IMG/VR virus record: IMGVR_UViG_3300033076_001012
Coordinates: 1-64,000 of that record
Strand: one strand, 5' to 3'
From: a virus
Lineage: Duplodnaviria > Caudoviricetes
Length of the DNA stretch: 64,000 nucleotides
A program made the translations under genes and the position numbers. The notes under the pieces are model-generated. The model was not told the DNA's origin. It searched no databases and worked only from the letters and a program-made list of their open reading frames with translations. Of this stretch, positions 46,210-56,850 are shown piece by piece; within the stretch, counting starts at the first letter, position 1, and each line of letters starts with the position of its first letter.

Positions 46210-47004
46210 ATGGCTACAATTGCAAGAATATCAGTAACAAGTGCAAATAATGGTAAGTCATTCGATGTAACAGATGCTACTGGAGCATATAATGCTACTA
46301 CTAACACAGGTGGATATGGATCTCCTAATTTTACCACAGGAGATGTTACGGCTGCTACAGTACAAGTAACAGCTTTTGGTAGCACATCTACATATTCTGT
46401 AAACGTATATTCAACTCTTCCATCTTCTGCTTCTGCATCATTTACAATAAATAATGATGATATAGGTTTTGAAGATGATGAGGTAATAGCTGATGGTATT
46501 TATCTTATAAGATATAATCTTACAGGTAAATTCAACATAACTGCCGTATCAACAGGAGCTGGAGGAAGTTTTACGGTTTCAGGTAATAAATCAAGTGTAT
46601 TCTCAACAGGAGATACATTTACAATTACAGGCTCAACAAACAATAACGCTACTTGGACAATATCTGCTATAACTTATAACAGTGGTCCAAATACAACAAC
46701 TTTTACGGTTACTGGTACAGTTGGTGCAACAGCTGATGGTCAAATAAACTTTTCAACATATACTTCAGTATATCAAATGTTTTATACAGAAGTGCAATCG
46801 TGTCTTCTTGAAAAATTAAGTGAGCTTGAAGTAAACGATTGTGCTGAATGTATGGAAGATAAACTTAAACGTATTTCTAAAATAGATGCTTTTTTATCAG
46901 CAGCAAGATATGCTGCTTTATGTGGTAAAGTAAATAAAGCAGATGCTTTACTTACCTATGTCACATCTCTTTGTGATTTGGAAGATTGTGATACTTGCAA
47001 TTAA
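46210..47004 (+). CDS. crAss-type tail structural protein
   Basis: TDATGAYNATTNTGGYG motif; Cys-rich helical C-terminus. Confidence 0.6.
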   Translation: MATIARISVTSANNGKSFDVTDATGAYNATTNTGGYGSPNFTTGDVTAATVQVTAFGSTSTYSVNVYSTLPSSASASFTINNDDIGFEDDEVIADGIYLIRYNLTGKFNITAVSTGAGGSFTVSGNKSSVFSTGDTFTITGSTNNNATWTISAITYNSGPNTTTFTVTGTVGATADGQINFSTYTSVYQMFYTEVQSCLLEKLSELEVNDCAECMEDKLKRISKIDAFLSAARYAALCGKVNKADALLTYVTSLCDLEDCDTCN

Positions 47005-47033
47005 TAATATATTAACAATATAAACACACTAAA

Positions 47034-48668
47034 ATGGCTTGTGTAGATTGTCAAAATTCTTTAACATTACCTGTAGGTGCAATTGGCCCAACAGGAGCAA
47101 CAGGAGCAACAGGCGCTACTGGAGCCACTGGTGCTACAGGAGCAACAGGAACAGATGCTCCTCCTGTAGCAGTATCATCTGTTACCTCCAATGCTATAAC
47201 AGTAGCTCAAAAAACATTCACTACTAATGTAACTCCAGCCTTTGCTCCAGGACAAACACTTAGAGCAATAGCTGCATCTGCTCCTTCTAATTATTTAGAA
47301 GGAACTCTGAATTCTGCATCATCAGGTACAACAGTCATTATTGATACAACAAGAATTGTTGGTTCAGGAACATATTCTGATTGGGATATAGTAGTATCAG
47401 GAGATGTTGGTGCTACAGGTGCTACAGGTGCGGCTGGAGCCGCAGGAGCCAACGGTGCTGGATATTATGCAACATCTTCTTCAAGTGTTGCTATAGGTAC
47501 AGGTGCTAAATCCTTTACTACACAGTCAGGTTTAGCATACTCCACTAATGCTAGAGTTAGAATGGCGAACTCCTCTACAAATTATATGGAAGGTGTTGTT
47601 TCAAGTTATTCAGGAACAACTCTTGATGTTACAGTAGATAGAATTGTTGGAAGCGGTACATATAGTTCATGGACTATAAATATAGCAGGTGATGTAACAA
47701 CACTTACTGACACAGGATGGACAAACCTTAGTGGATTTGATCATTTACCATCTGCATCAAGACCTCAGTATAGAATTTTAAATAAAATGGTAGCCTTTAG
47801 AGGAACAGCTGTTATTCCTTTATCAACAGATACAGGAGGTACAACAACTGGTTTAACTCTTGTAGCATACACAACAGAAAATGATTATGCTGCATCTACA
47901 GGTAAAGTAGTACCTTATCAAGGTTCAGGAGGAGTGGATTTAAATAGTGCAGGAGATTTAAAATTTAATAAATCTGCTAACGCTATAGGTGGTTATACAC
48001 CTGATAACACTTATTTTAAAGAAGTGATTGGTATGCGTAGAGTAGATTCCTCCTCAGGAAGTGAAGAAGTACTTTACACCGGACATTTTAGAGCATATAT
48101 AACATCAGCAGGATTATTAGGTGTGCAAACACTTAAAGACCATGAATTGTTTAATGGAACTTTAACAGGACATTCTCAATTAAGAAATTTAACAGCTAAT
48201 GTTACAAGTGGAGATTATGTTACATTAAAAAATACAAGCGATAGTGTTGGTGCAGTTTCCCAAGCTACAAGTATTACTACTGGTGTTACTCTTAATAGAC
48301 GTAAAGGTGTAATAACAACACAAAGTGCATCAGCTGCTGCTGGAGCATCGCATACATTTACTGTAACTAATAGTACAGGTGATTCTAATGCAACACTTTT
48401 AGTATCTATAATAAACTACTCAGGAACATTCTCTACAAACGGTATACCTATTATAAATGTAGATAATAGAGGTTCAGGAACTTTTGATATAGTTATATCT
48501 AATGGACACTCAGCAAACGCTTTGAGCGGTACTCTTGTACTATCTTATGAATTAGTTAATACTCAAAACTCTATAACTCATCAGGTTACACTTGATGCTG
48601 CTGAACCTTTCCAAATAGGTGGATTTAACATTAACTTAGATGGATTAACTGCATACTTAGCTCCGTAA
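47034..48668 (+). CDS. tail fibre with collagen-like repeats
   Basis: (GAT)n Gly-X-Y repeats, twice; N-terminal CxxC. Confidence 0.75.
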   Translation: MACVDCQNSLTLPVGAIGPTGATGATGATGATGATGATGTDAPPVAVSSVTSNAITVAQKTFTTNVTPAFAPGQTLRAIAASAPSNYLEGTLNSASSGTTVIIDTTRIVGSGTYSDWDIVVSGDVGATGATGAAGAAGANGAGYYATSSSSVAIGTGAKSFTTQSGLAYSTNARVRMANSSTNYMEGVVSSYSGTTLDVTVDRIVGSGTYSSWTINIAGDVTTLTDTGWTNLSGFDHLPSASRPQYRILNKMVAFRGTAVIPLSTDTGGTTTGLTLVAYTTENDYAASTGKVVPYQGSGGVDLNSAGDLKFNKSANAIGGYTPDNTYFKEVIGMRRVDSSSGSEEVLYTGHFRAYITSAGLLGVQTLKDHELFNGTLTGHSQLRNLTANVTSGDYVTLKNTSDSVGAVSQATSITTGVTLNRRKGVITTQSASAAAGASHTFTVTNSTGDSNATLLVSIINYSGTFSTNGIPIINVDNRGSGTFDIVISNGHSANALSGTLVLSYELVNTQNSITHQVTLDAAEPFQIGGFNINLDGLTAYLAP

Positions 48669-48710
48669 ACATGACTTACTCTTTATCAATGCTGTATAGC
48701 TGATAAGGCA

Positions 48711-48992
48711 GTGAAATATATTCATAAAGAAACATCTGGTCAATACAACCTTGATTGTGAGCTAAATAAAATAATTGCTGCTGTAAGATTACTTGAAGGA
48801 TTAAAATGTCCAGATACTATTATAGAACTTGAACAATTAACTCAGACAGAACTTGAAGCTACTCTTGAACAATTAACTGACTATTGTAACTGTATACAAT
48901 GTATGGATGATGAAGATATTATAGATGATACATTACCTACAGGTTTAAATGAGTTACTTCACGATGATGATGACTCTATATTACTTTCTTAA
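48711..48992 (+). CDS. hypothetical structural protein
   Basis: Acidic, Cys-containing; co-oriented. Confidence 0.55.
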   Translation: MKYIHKETSGQYNLDCELNKIIAAVRLLEGLKCPDTIIELEQLTQTELEATLEQLTDYCNCIQCMDDEDIIDDTLPTGLNELLHDDDDSILLS

Positions 48993-49009
48993 TACCAAAC
49001 AACACAACA

Positions 49010-50773
49010 ATGGCTGGTAAAAAAATACATCAATTAGCAGAAACTACTTCATTGGATAGCAATGACAGAATACCTCTTGATAGATTTGGTACTGATAGTG
49101 AGTGGGGAAACTATTATATAAAAGCTTCTAATTTAGTTGGTACAATCAGTGGAAGTGGTACAGCTAATAAGCTAGTTAAATGGAACACTTCTTCAACACT
49201 TACAAATAGTGGTTTTTTAGCTGAAAGCGTTAATGGTATATCATTAACAACAGGTTACTTAGCTGTTGGAGATACAGTATCTGCAACTAACAGTTTATTG
49301 ATAAAAGCTGTTGTAGCAAATACAAACATTGCTGACTTTAAAAAAACAGATGGTACATCTATAACAACAATATCTAACTCTGGATTTGTTGGTATAAATA
49401 AATCAACTCCATCTGCAACATTACATATTAAATCTACAGGTACAACAATTCTACAAGTAGAAGAAAGTACTTCATCTATTTTAATGATGAAAATACATAA
49501 TACAGGAGCTATTTCTTTAGGTAGAGGAGGAGCAGCTACAGGAGATGAAAGTATAGCTTTAGGCTATGGTACAACTGCTACTAATAGTAGTACTGTACTA
49601 GGATCATCTTCTTCAGGAACAGGAACGTATGCAGTAGTTATAGGAGCAGGTTGTAATACAGCTGTTAGAGCAACAGTTGTAGGTAGTTCTTCATCTGCAT
49701 CAGGAGGATACGCTGTTGCTTTAGGTCAGGAAAATACAGCGAGTGGCGTAGGAGCATATGCTATGGGTTATTTAGCTACATCAAGTGCTGACTATGCATA
49801 TGCTTTAGGTACTCAAACAACTTCTTCTCATGCACATTCCTATGCTATTGGAAGAGGAGCTACGACAGGAGCAACTAATCAAATAATATTAGGAAGCAGT
49901 GCTTCTTATGTTTATAAAGTAGGCATAAATACAAATACTACAGATGCAAATCTACATATAAAAACTACAGATAATAGTTCATCTTCAAAAGCTATATTGA
50001 TTAAGAATTTAGCAGGTAATACATTATTTGTACAAAACAATGATGGAAGTTTTGCCATAGGTAAGTCAGCTTCTAATTACAATAGTAGATCTGTAACAAT
50101 AGGTGAAAGTGCGACAACTACACATCAGGAAAGCGTTGCGCTCGGTGCGCTATCTTCAGCAGGTTTATATACAGTTGCTTTAGGTGATCAAGCAGTTGGA
50201 CTATCAAACTGTGTAGTTATTGGTAAAAACGCAACTACATCATCAAATGATGCAATTTCTATTGGAGGAGGTAGTACAGTAAATGGTTTAAGTTCTTATG
50301 TATTTGGAGTTAATAATACAATTAACGGTTCATACATAACTTGTTTAGGTTATAGCAATACATATACAGGAGGAGGCTCTGGAGAACCAACGTTTCTTTA
50401 TGGTGAAAGTAGTAGATTTTTTATTGAAAATGTAAGAAATGGAATAGATAGAGAATTTAAATTACGATCTGTTACTTCAGATGGTACAACAACTTTAAAA
50501 AATTCTGCTATATTATTACTTTCTTCATATTATAGTGGAAGTGCGAATGACTATGAATGTAATATAAAACATGAATTATTAACAACTTCACCAACAAGTA
50601 TGTTAAATATATCATTTGGTGGAACATCAAGATTTAAGTTTTATAGTAGTGGAAAAGCAAACTTCTCTAACTTACAAATTGGCAATGCAGGATTATCAAC
50701 AGGTGACTTATATCAAGATACGGCAGCTAATATTTTAGCAGCTGGAGATAAAATAGTTGCGATTAAAGTTTAA
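49010..50773 (+). CDS. tail fibre / adhesin with YadA-head (Hep/Hag)-like repeats
   Basis: Repeats such as SIALGYGTTA, AVALGQENTASG, AYAIGRGA. Confidence 0.75.
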   Translation: MAGKKIHQLAETTSLDSNDRIPLDRFGTDSEWGNYYIKASNLVGTISGSGTANKLVKWNTSSTLTNSGFLAESVNGISLTTGYLAVGDTVSATNSLLIKAVVANTNIADFKKTDGTSITTISNSGFVGINKSTPSATLHIKSTGTTILQVEESTSSILMMKIHNTGAISLGRGGAATGDESIALGYGTTATNSSTVLGSSSSGTGTYAVVIGAGCNTAVRATVVGSSSSASGGYAVALGQENTASGVGAYAMGYLATSSADYAYALGTQTTSSHAHSYAIGRGATTGATNQIILGSSASYVYKVGINTNTTDANLHIKTTDNSSSSKAILIKNLAGNTLFVQNNDGSFAIGKSASNYNSRSVTIGESATTTHQESVALGALSSAGLYTVALGDQAVGLSNCVVIGKNATTSSNDAISIGGGSTVNGLSSYVFGVNNTINGSYITCLGYSNTYTGGGSGEPTFLYGESSRFFIENVRNGIDREFKLRSVTSDGTTTLKNSAILLLSSYYSGSANDYECNIKHELLTTSPTSMLNISFGGTSRFKFYSSGKANFSNLQIGNAGLSTGDLYQDTAANILAAGDKIVAIKV

Positions 50774-50799
50774 TATATATTAATATATAATACAGACAT

Positions 50800-51156
50800 A
50801 TGGGAAATTTACTTTCACAATCACAGTTTTTACAACAAATATCTACAAGTTTAGGAAACTATCCTCAAGCTTTAGGTTATGAATCAATTACTGTTGATAA
50901 TACAGTTAAAAAATTTACAATACCTTCAAATGCTAATAGAGCACTTGTTGTAGTTGCAAGTTCAGTAGCTGCACCTGCTTTCTCTATAAGATATAGAGAA
51001 GATGGTGGAGCACCTACTGCAAGCGCAGGAGGAGGTATGCCAAAAGGTAACACTGATGCTTTTGAAATAACAGGAGCTGAAAACTTAGCACGTTTTGCTG
51101 TAATACAGGAAACTGCTGGTACACATTATCTTAACATTACTTACTACAGTAGATAA
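50800..51156 (+). CDS. virion structural protein
   Basis: ALGYESIT...IRYREDGGAPTAS.GM pattern. Confidence 0.6.
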   Translation: MGNLLSQSQFLQQISTSLGNYPQALGYESITVDNTVKKFTIPSNANRALVVVASSVAAPAFSIRYREDGGAPTASAGGGMPKGNTDAFEITGAENLARFAVIQETAGTHYLNITYYSR

Positions 51157-51191
51157 GTAATATAAGTTAGCACAATTTAACTTTTAGCTAC

Positions 51192-52736
51192 ATGGCAAGC
51201 ACAGTAGTAAGAAAAATATTTACAACAGCATCAGGTGGTAGCGGTTCCTCTATAACATTAGTTGCAGGAACTAACATTACTATTGATAATACTGATCCTA
51301 CACAACCAATTATATCAACTACTGCTGATGATATTACTATAGTTGCTAACTATTCTGCTCTACCTGCTGCAAACACTGTATCAGGAAAATTTTATTGGTG
51401 TTCAGCATCACAAGGTACAAGTTGGTTACCTGGTTCTCTTGGAGGCACTTATTATTCAGCAGGTTTATACTATTCTAATGGTACAACTTGGGAATTTATA
51501 GATGTACCTTATCAAGCAACTCAAGCAACCGTTGATACAGGAACAAATACTAACCAGTTTGTAACACCGAGTACATTTACTAATGCAAGTAAGTGGGCTA
51601 ACTATGGATTATTAGCTAATCCATTATCTCAATTTGCAGCTACAACATCTGCTCAGTTAGCAAGTGTTATTAGTGATGAAACAGGAAGTGGAGCATTAGT
51701 ATTTGGTACAACTCCTACTTTTACAACAAATATAACAACTCCTAAGATAATTGGAGGAACAGGTATAGGAAGCAGTTTAGATATACAATCTACAAGTGGA
51801 GTAGGTTCGTCAGACTATATAAGGTTTTTGGTAGGTAATAATGGAGCAACAGAAGCTGCTAGATTTTTAACAGGTGGTGCGCTTCTTATAAATAGAACAA
51901 CTGCTACATCAGCTGCCGGTAAAGTAGAATTGTCAACAGGTAACAATGCGTATGGATATACCCACACTAACGGTACAATAATACTCACAACATATGTGGA
52001 TGTAAGTACAGCATCATATTTAGGAACTGCTACAAATCATGCTTTAGATTTATTTGTTAATAATGGTGCAACAAGATTAAGAGTACAAGCTGGAGGAAAT
52101 ATCGGTATAGGTAGTAAGTTATATATAAGTAATGTAGCAAGTACTCCAACTGCTCTACTTCATTTAGGCGCAGGTTCTTCATCTGCTAACAGTGCTCCTG
52201 TAAAATTAACTACAGGTACACCGAATACTACTGCCGAAGCAGGGGCTTTAGAATATAATACACCACAACTTCTTTTTACAAATGGTGGTGGACAAAGACA
52301 AGAAATACCATTAATACAACAAACGAGAGTAAGTACTCAATTAGATGTCACATCTTCAACATCTGTTGTCCAAGTAACTGGACTTACATCAACTCTTGTG
52401 GCTGGAAAAATATATAAATTTGAAGTAAAATTATTCGTTGATGCATCAGGTGGAGGTACAAGAGTTTCTTTTGGTGGTACAGCAACAGCTACAACATTTA
52501 TCAATCAGTATAATATATTAGATAATGCAACAAGTGGTGTTTTACCATCACGAACAACAGCATTAACTACAGAAGTAACTAACAATCCGCTAACGAGCGG
52601 ATTTATAACAATGGAAGGAACAATTGTTGTTAATGGAGCAGGCACTTTTTATCCCACATTTGCACAGAAAACATCTAACGGTACGGCATCAAGCGTACTT
52701 GTTGGTTCATCTTTTATAGTAATGGAAACAGCATAA
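51192..52736 (+). CDS. tail fibre protein
   Basis: G/T/S-rich; GNIGIG and PTALLHL fibre motifs. Confidence 0.7.
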   Translation: MASTVVRKIFTTASGGSGSSITLVAGTNITIDNTDPTQPIISTTADDITIVANYSALPAANTVSGKFYWCSASQGTSWLPGSLGGTYYSAGLYYSNGTTWEFIDVPYQATQATVDTGTNTNQFVTPSTFTNASKWANYGLLANPLSQFAATTSAQLASVISDETGSGALVFGTTPTFTTNITTPKIIGGTGIGSSLDIQSTSGVGSSDYIRFLVGNNGATEAARFLTGGALLINRTTATSAAGKVELSTGNNAYGYTHTNGTIILTTYVDVSTASYLGTATNHALDLFVNNGATRLRVQAGGNIGIGSKLYISNVASTPTALLHLGAGSSSANSAPVKLTTGTPNTTAEAGALEYNTPQLLFTNGGGQRQEIPLIQQTRVSTQLDVTSSTSVVQVTGLTSTLVAGKIYKFEVKLFVDASGGGTRVSFGGTATATTFINQYNILDNATSGVLPSRTTALTTEVTNNPLTSGFITMEGTIVVNGAGTFYPTFAQKTSNGTASSVLVGSSFIVMETA

Positions 52737-52762
52737 TAATATAAACATAAATAAATAATAAT

Positions 52763-53131
52763 ATGGGAGCATTAGTAAAAAAAGTAATAGGTCAAGATGT
52801 AAAAACAGGTTTAAATATTGAGTGCCAAATTTGGCAAATAGTTATTGATAGTAAAGCAGAAATGATAAATGTAGTTTATGATTTAGTTTTACTTGCTCCA
52901 AACGGAGAGATAGCTACTGTATTAAAAACAGATCATTTTGTAAGATTAAATCAACCTGCTATTTTAGATAAAGATGGTAATACTATTAAATTAGCAAATT
53001 TGAGATTTAATGATTTGAGAGTTTCTCCAATAGGACAAGCTATTATTGGAATGTTAACAACAGATATAAACTTAGTACAAACTGTAACATCTATTGTTAC
53101 AGATTTAGAACAAAAACAACAAACTCCTTAA
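52763..53131 (+). CDS. hypothetical (fibre assembly-like) protein
   Basis: Follows the fibre genes. Confidence 0.55.
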   Translation: MGALVKKVIGQDVKTGLNIECQIWQIVIDSKAEMINVVYDLVLLAPNGEIATVLKTDHFVRLNQPAILDKDGNTIKLANLRFNDLRVSPIGQAIIGMLTTDINLVQTVTSIVTDLEQKQQTP

Positions 53132-53493
53132 TGTCATATCTTAAAAGTTTTATATTATTTATAATAGCTGTAAGCTTATTTATACCAATTGGTATAGTAG
53201 GGTTCATTATTCAAATAATTTGGAATCTTGCAGAATTTGATGTATATTTAGCAAATGTTGCTATCCAGTTTGATAGAACTGGAAATGTAGTTTGTCCTGA
53301 ACTACTTGATTTACTGTTTATTAAGAAGGCTACTGGTCATAGATTTGGTAATAATGAAACAGTAAGTTGTGTTATAGGGTTAAACAAAGCAACAAATACA
53401 TTAACGTGGCTTGGTATACTGCTTTACAAGACACTTAATAAAATAGACGAAAATCATTGTGAAAAAGCAGTAAAAAAAGAATATAAAAAATAA
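53131..53493 (+). CDS. membrane protein
   Basis: N-terminal TM; FG...ETVS.VIG.N...TLT..G..L...L..ID.NHC pattern. Confidence 0.65.
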   Translation: MSYLKSFILFIIAVSLFIPIGIVGFIIQIIWNLAEFDVYLANVAIQFDRTGNVVCPELLDLLFIKKATGHRFGNNETVSCVIGLNKATNTLTWLGILLYKTLNKIDENHCEKAVKKEYKK

Positions 53494-53686
53494 AAGTATG
53501 AAAGAGAAGTTGGAAAAAAGACTTGATGAATTAAACAAAGCAAAAGAACAGTTTATTGCTAATGCTAATGCTTGTGAAGGAGGTATTTTAGAAATTACAC
53601 AATTGCTAAAAGAATTGAAAGAATCCACACCTGTTCTTAAAAAGGAAGAATCTAATAAAAAATAATTTAGTAATTTTTTATCTATT

Positions 53687-53944
53687 ATGGCTCCAAGTAA
53701 TCGTGATCCACTACAAGAAATGATTTACAACACTCTTGTTGGAATAAAAGAAGATATTGGTAAATTAACCGCTAATAGTGAATATCAAAGTAAAGCCATT
53801 GAAATAGTTAGTGATTCTCACTATAAATTAAAAAATGATTTTACTGTACATAAGACTAAAGTAGTTACTATAAGTGGAGTAATAGGTACTTTTTTTGGAG
53901 GATTATTTGGAGCTATAGTTGCATGGTTTACTAAACATATTTAA
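53687..53944 (+). CDS. XhlA/holin-like membrane protein
   Basis: Coiled coil plus C-terminal TM, directly upstream of the endolysin. Confidence 0.55.
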   Translation: MAPSNRDPLQEMIYNTLVGIKEDIGKLTANSEYQSKAIEIVSDSHYKLKNDFTVHKTKVVTISGVIGTFFGGLFGAIVAWFTKHI

Positions 53945-53952
53945 TATCTAGA

Positions 53953-54435
53953 ATGGATAATATTTCTATAAAAAGAATTGCTACCTTACATCCTAAATTA
54001 AGGTCTGAAGCTGGAAACATTTTATTAGAATGTGAAAAGGCCAACGTTAGTATTAGAATAACATCTGCATTTAGAACTCCTGAAGAACAAGATTCTTTAT
54101 TTGAACAAGGAAGAACTAAACCTGGAGTGATTGTAACAAACGCTAAAAGATGGCAGTCATACCATAACTACGGTTTAGCAGTTGATATATGTTTATATAG
54201 AAAAGATGGTAGCATAAGTTACTCTGCAAAAGAAGATTTGGATAATGATGGAATAGCTGATTGGTTTGAAGTAGTAGCCATATTTAAAAAATATGGTTGG
54301 GAATGGGCAGGTGATTGGAAAACATTTAAAGAGTTTCCACATTTACAAAAAACATTTGGATATAAAGAAATTACACTTCAAGATATTGTTTTAAACAAAA
54401 AACAACTTATAGATAACAAATATCCAATTATATGA
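53953..54435 (+). CDS. endolysin, M15C L-alanyl-D-glutamate peptidase
   Basis: RTPEEQ..LF.QGRT, SYHNYGLAVD, W.GDW..F.E.PH.Q. Confidence 0.9.
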   Translation: MDNISIKRIATLHPKLRSEAGNILLECEKANVSIRITSAFRTPEEQDSLFEQGRTKPGVIVTNAKRWQSYHNYGLAVDICLYRKDGSISYSAKEDLDNDGIADWFEVVAIFKKYGWEWAGDWKTFKEFPHLQKTFGYKEITLQDIVLNKKQLIDNKYPII

Positions 54436-54677
54436 TAAAACTTAAAAAATATTCTAGTGAAGGTAGAAAGACTAAACTATGGTCTGATTTACTAATGACA
54501 TTTTCTGTAGCTGCTATGACAATTACTGTAGGTTTACCATTATCAGACCATGATATTAAATGGGTAAATTTTGGAATAGGTGTAGTTGGATTAATGGGTA
54601 AATTATTAACCAATGTTGCAGAATTTAAAATAAAAGAAGAAGAAACTGTAGAAGAAGAACCTAATGAAACTAAATAA
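54432..54677 (+). CDS. putative holin
   Basis: Two TM segments and a charged C-terminus; overlaps the endolysin stop. Confidence 0.6.
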   Translation: MIKLKKYSSEGRKTKLWSDLLMTFSVAAMTITVGLPLSDHDIKWVNFGIGVVGLMGKLLTNVAEFKIKEEETVEEEPNETK

Positions 54678-55242
54678 ATCACATTTATTATTTGCTGGTG
54701 CACTTGTTATACTTACAATTCTATTATTAAAGTTTAATAAATGTAATAATTCTCCAACAACAAATGTAACAACAACAGATACCATTGTTGCTGTACAAAT
54801 TATACATGATACTATTATTAAAACAAATACTGTAAATATCTATAAACCCGTAACAAAATTTGTATATTTAGTAGATTCTTCAAATAGAAAAAACTGTGAC
54901 TCAACAAGAGTTTATACATCGTCTTTAAAAGACTCAATAATAAACATATCTGTTATAGATAGTGTTAACGGTAAATTATTAGGTGCTAAAATTAGCTATG
55001 TAGCTAAAGTACCAAAAGACTGTGTAATTGTTACAAAAATTATAACAAAATATGAACAGATATCTGTACCATATAAGTATCAACTTCTTAGTGGTATAGA
55101 AGTTGGTGGCAATCTCACATCTTTTAATAATATATCTCCTACTCTACTGTTTCAGTATAATAACAAAATATACAGTTACAAATATAATATACTTTTAAAT
55201 ACTCACAATATAGGAATATGTATTAAACTTTTTGGAAAATGA
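54664..55242 (+). CDS. membrane-anchored protein (spanin-like)
   Basis: N-terminal TM anchor; lies in the lysis cluster. Confidence 0.5.
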   Translation: MKLNKSHLLFAGALVILTILLLKFNKCNNSPTTNVTTTDTIVAVQIIHDTIIKTNTVNIYKPVTKFVYLVDSSNRKNCDSTRVYTSSLKDSIINISVIDSVNGKLLGAKISYVAKVPKDCVIVTKIITKYEQISVPYKYQLLSGIEVGGNLTSFNNISPTLLFQYNNKIYSYKYNILLNTHNIGICIKLFGK

Positions 55243-55649
55243 AAAATGATTTAATGAATAAGGCTGTTGAGATAAGCAAAACATCCTCTACACAAACAGG
55301 TTCTATAGGAGAATTTTTTGGAAAACTCTTTCAATTAAGAGATGTTGCTCATTTAAATCATCTTAAAAGTCAATCTTACGCACAACATGTTGCTTTAGGA
55401 GACTTCTATGATGGATTGTTAACATTAACAGATGATTTGATTGAATGTTATCAAGGCATTAAAGGTATAGTAGACATATCTATACCTGCTTCAAAAGCAT
55501 CTGATCCTACATTATCTTTGCAGGAATTTTATACTTACTTTCAAAATAACCGTAGTAAATTCTTTACTGAATCACAACTTTTAAATATATCTGATGAGAT
55601 ATTATCTCTCATTAATAAAACAATTTATAAGTTAAAAAACCTTAAATAA
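55239..55649 (+). CDS. ferritin/Dps-like protein (DUF5856-like)
   Basis: AHLNHL...YAQHVALGDFYD.L..L.D.LIE.YQG. Confidence 0.75.
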   Translation: MKNDLMNKAVEISKTSSTQTGSIGEFFGKLFQLRDVAHLNHLKSQSYAQHVALGDFYDGLLTLTDDLIECYQGIKGIVDISIPASKASDPTLSLQEFYTYFQNNRSKFFTESQLLNISDEILSLINKTIYKLKNLK

Positions 55650-56362
55650 TGGAATTGACTAAGAAACATCTTATATATGAACTCTTAAATATAATAAGAG
55701 CAGGTAAAGGTGGAGATTCAGATGATGAGACTATAAGTCACGAATTATTAAGTTATTGGATAGACTCTGCAAGAAATGTTCTTATAAGACAAGATCTTGA
55801 AAAAAACAGAACTATATCCAACAATATACGTCAATCTTTAGGTTGTGTACCTGTTTCATTAGTAGATGCTTCAGTATGTTGTAATTTAGTTACAGAATGT
55901 AAAGTATACAGAACTTCTGTAAAGATACCTAAAACCATAGAATTATATCAAAGAGACTTAATAACGAGAGTTGGACCAGCTTCTATAACTCAACCTGCAT
56001 TTCAACTAATACCTTATGAAAGAGCTGCTTGGGTAAAATATGGTCCTCTTCCTGGAATAAACAGAATACCTAAAGCTTTTTTATTTGATAGTTATATTTA
56101 CATATTAGTTCCTAATTTAGATATAGTTCTCACATCAATTAATATACAAGGAGTATTTGCTTCACCTCAAGAAGTATCTACTTTCAATACATGTGAGGGA
56201 ACAATTTGTTACTCAGATGATAGTCCTTATCCAATATCTGAACACATGTTAGATCCTCTTAAAAAGATAGTATTAGAATATTTAAGAATATCGGCCAATC
56301 AACCCACTGACAACATAGGAGATGGTAGATTTAAAGTAGAATCAAATGTAGAAAAAACATAA
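55649..56362 (+). CDS. tail ring protein
   Basis: C-terminal GVF..P......C......YPI pattern of crAss ring proteins. Confidence 0.7.
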   Translation: MELTKKHLIYELLNIIRAGKGGDSDDETISHELLSYWIDSARNVLIRQDLEKNRTISNNIRQSLGCVPVSLVDASVCCNLVTECKVYRTSVKIPKTIELYQRDLITRVGPASITQPAFQLIPYERAAWVKYGPLPGINRIPKAFLFDSYIYILVPNLDIVLTSINIQGVFASPQEVSTFNTCEGTICYSDDSPYPISEHMLDPLKKIVLEYLRISANQPTDNIGDGRFKVESNVEKT

Positions 56363-56375
56363 ATATATATAAATT

Positions 56376-56834
56376 ATGAAGTTGGGAAAGAGGGGAAAGG
56401 GAAAGATATTACCTGATTATAAAGCTAAACATATATATCTCTATTATAAGAGAACAACTGATGAAAAACTCCAACATACCAACGGAGAGTTTTATAAAAT
56501 TTTAACAGATTTAAACAATGGTTTAAAAGATCACATTTTATCAGGAGATGCTTTTTTCGTACCCTGTGGATTAGGTTTTATAAGAATAAAAAAAGCTAAA
56601 AGAAGACTTGAAAAAGAACATTTAGCTATAGATTGGGGAACTTCAAGAAAAGTTAATAAAATAGTATATTTTCTAGGGGGACTTGGAAATAAGAGATCTA
56701 TTTACAAAATAAAGTGGTTCAAACCTAAAAAGGTAAGAAATATTTCTCCATATGTTCTAACTATGGAAAGAAGATTTAAAAGAAGATTGGCTGCACACTT
56801 AAAAAATAATCCTGATATAGATTATATGAATTAA
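56376..56834 (+). CDS. HU/IHF-like protein
   Basis: F.VPCGLG.I.I.K...IDWG.S pattern. Confidence 0.65.
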   Translation: MKLGKRGKGKILPDYKAKHIYLYYKRTTDEKLQHTNGEFYKILTDLNNGLKDHILSGDAFFVPCGLGFIRIKKAKRRLEKEHLAIDWGTSRKVNKIVYFLGGLGNKRSIYKIKWFKPKKVRNISPYVLTMERRFKRRLAAHLKNNPDIDYMN

Positions 56835-56850
56835 CATATAAATTACCAAC

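Noticed and set aside
47034-52736. Diversity-generating retroelement targeting the tail fibres
   Set aside because: No reverse transcriptase and no TR/VR near-identical repeat pair was seen in the window.
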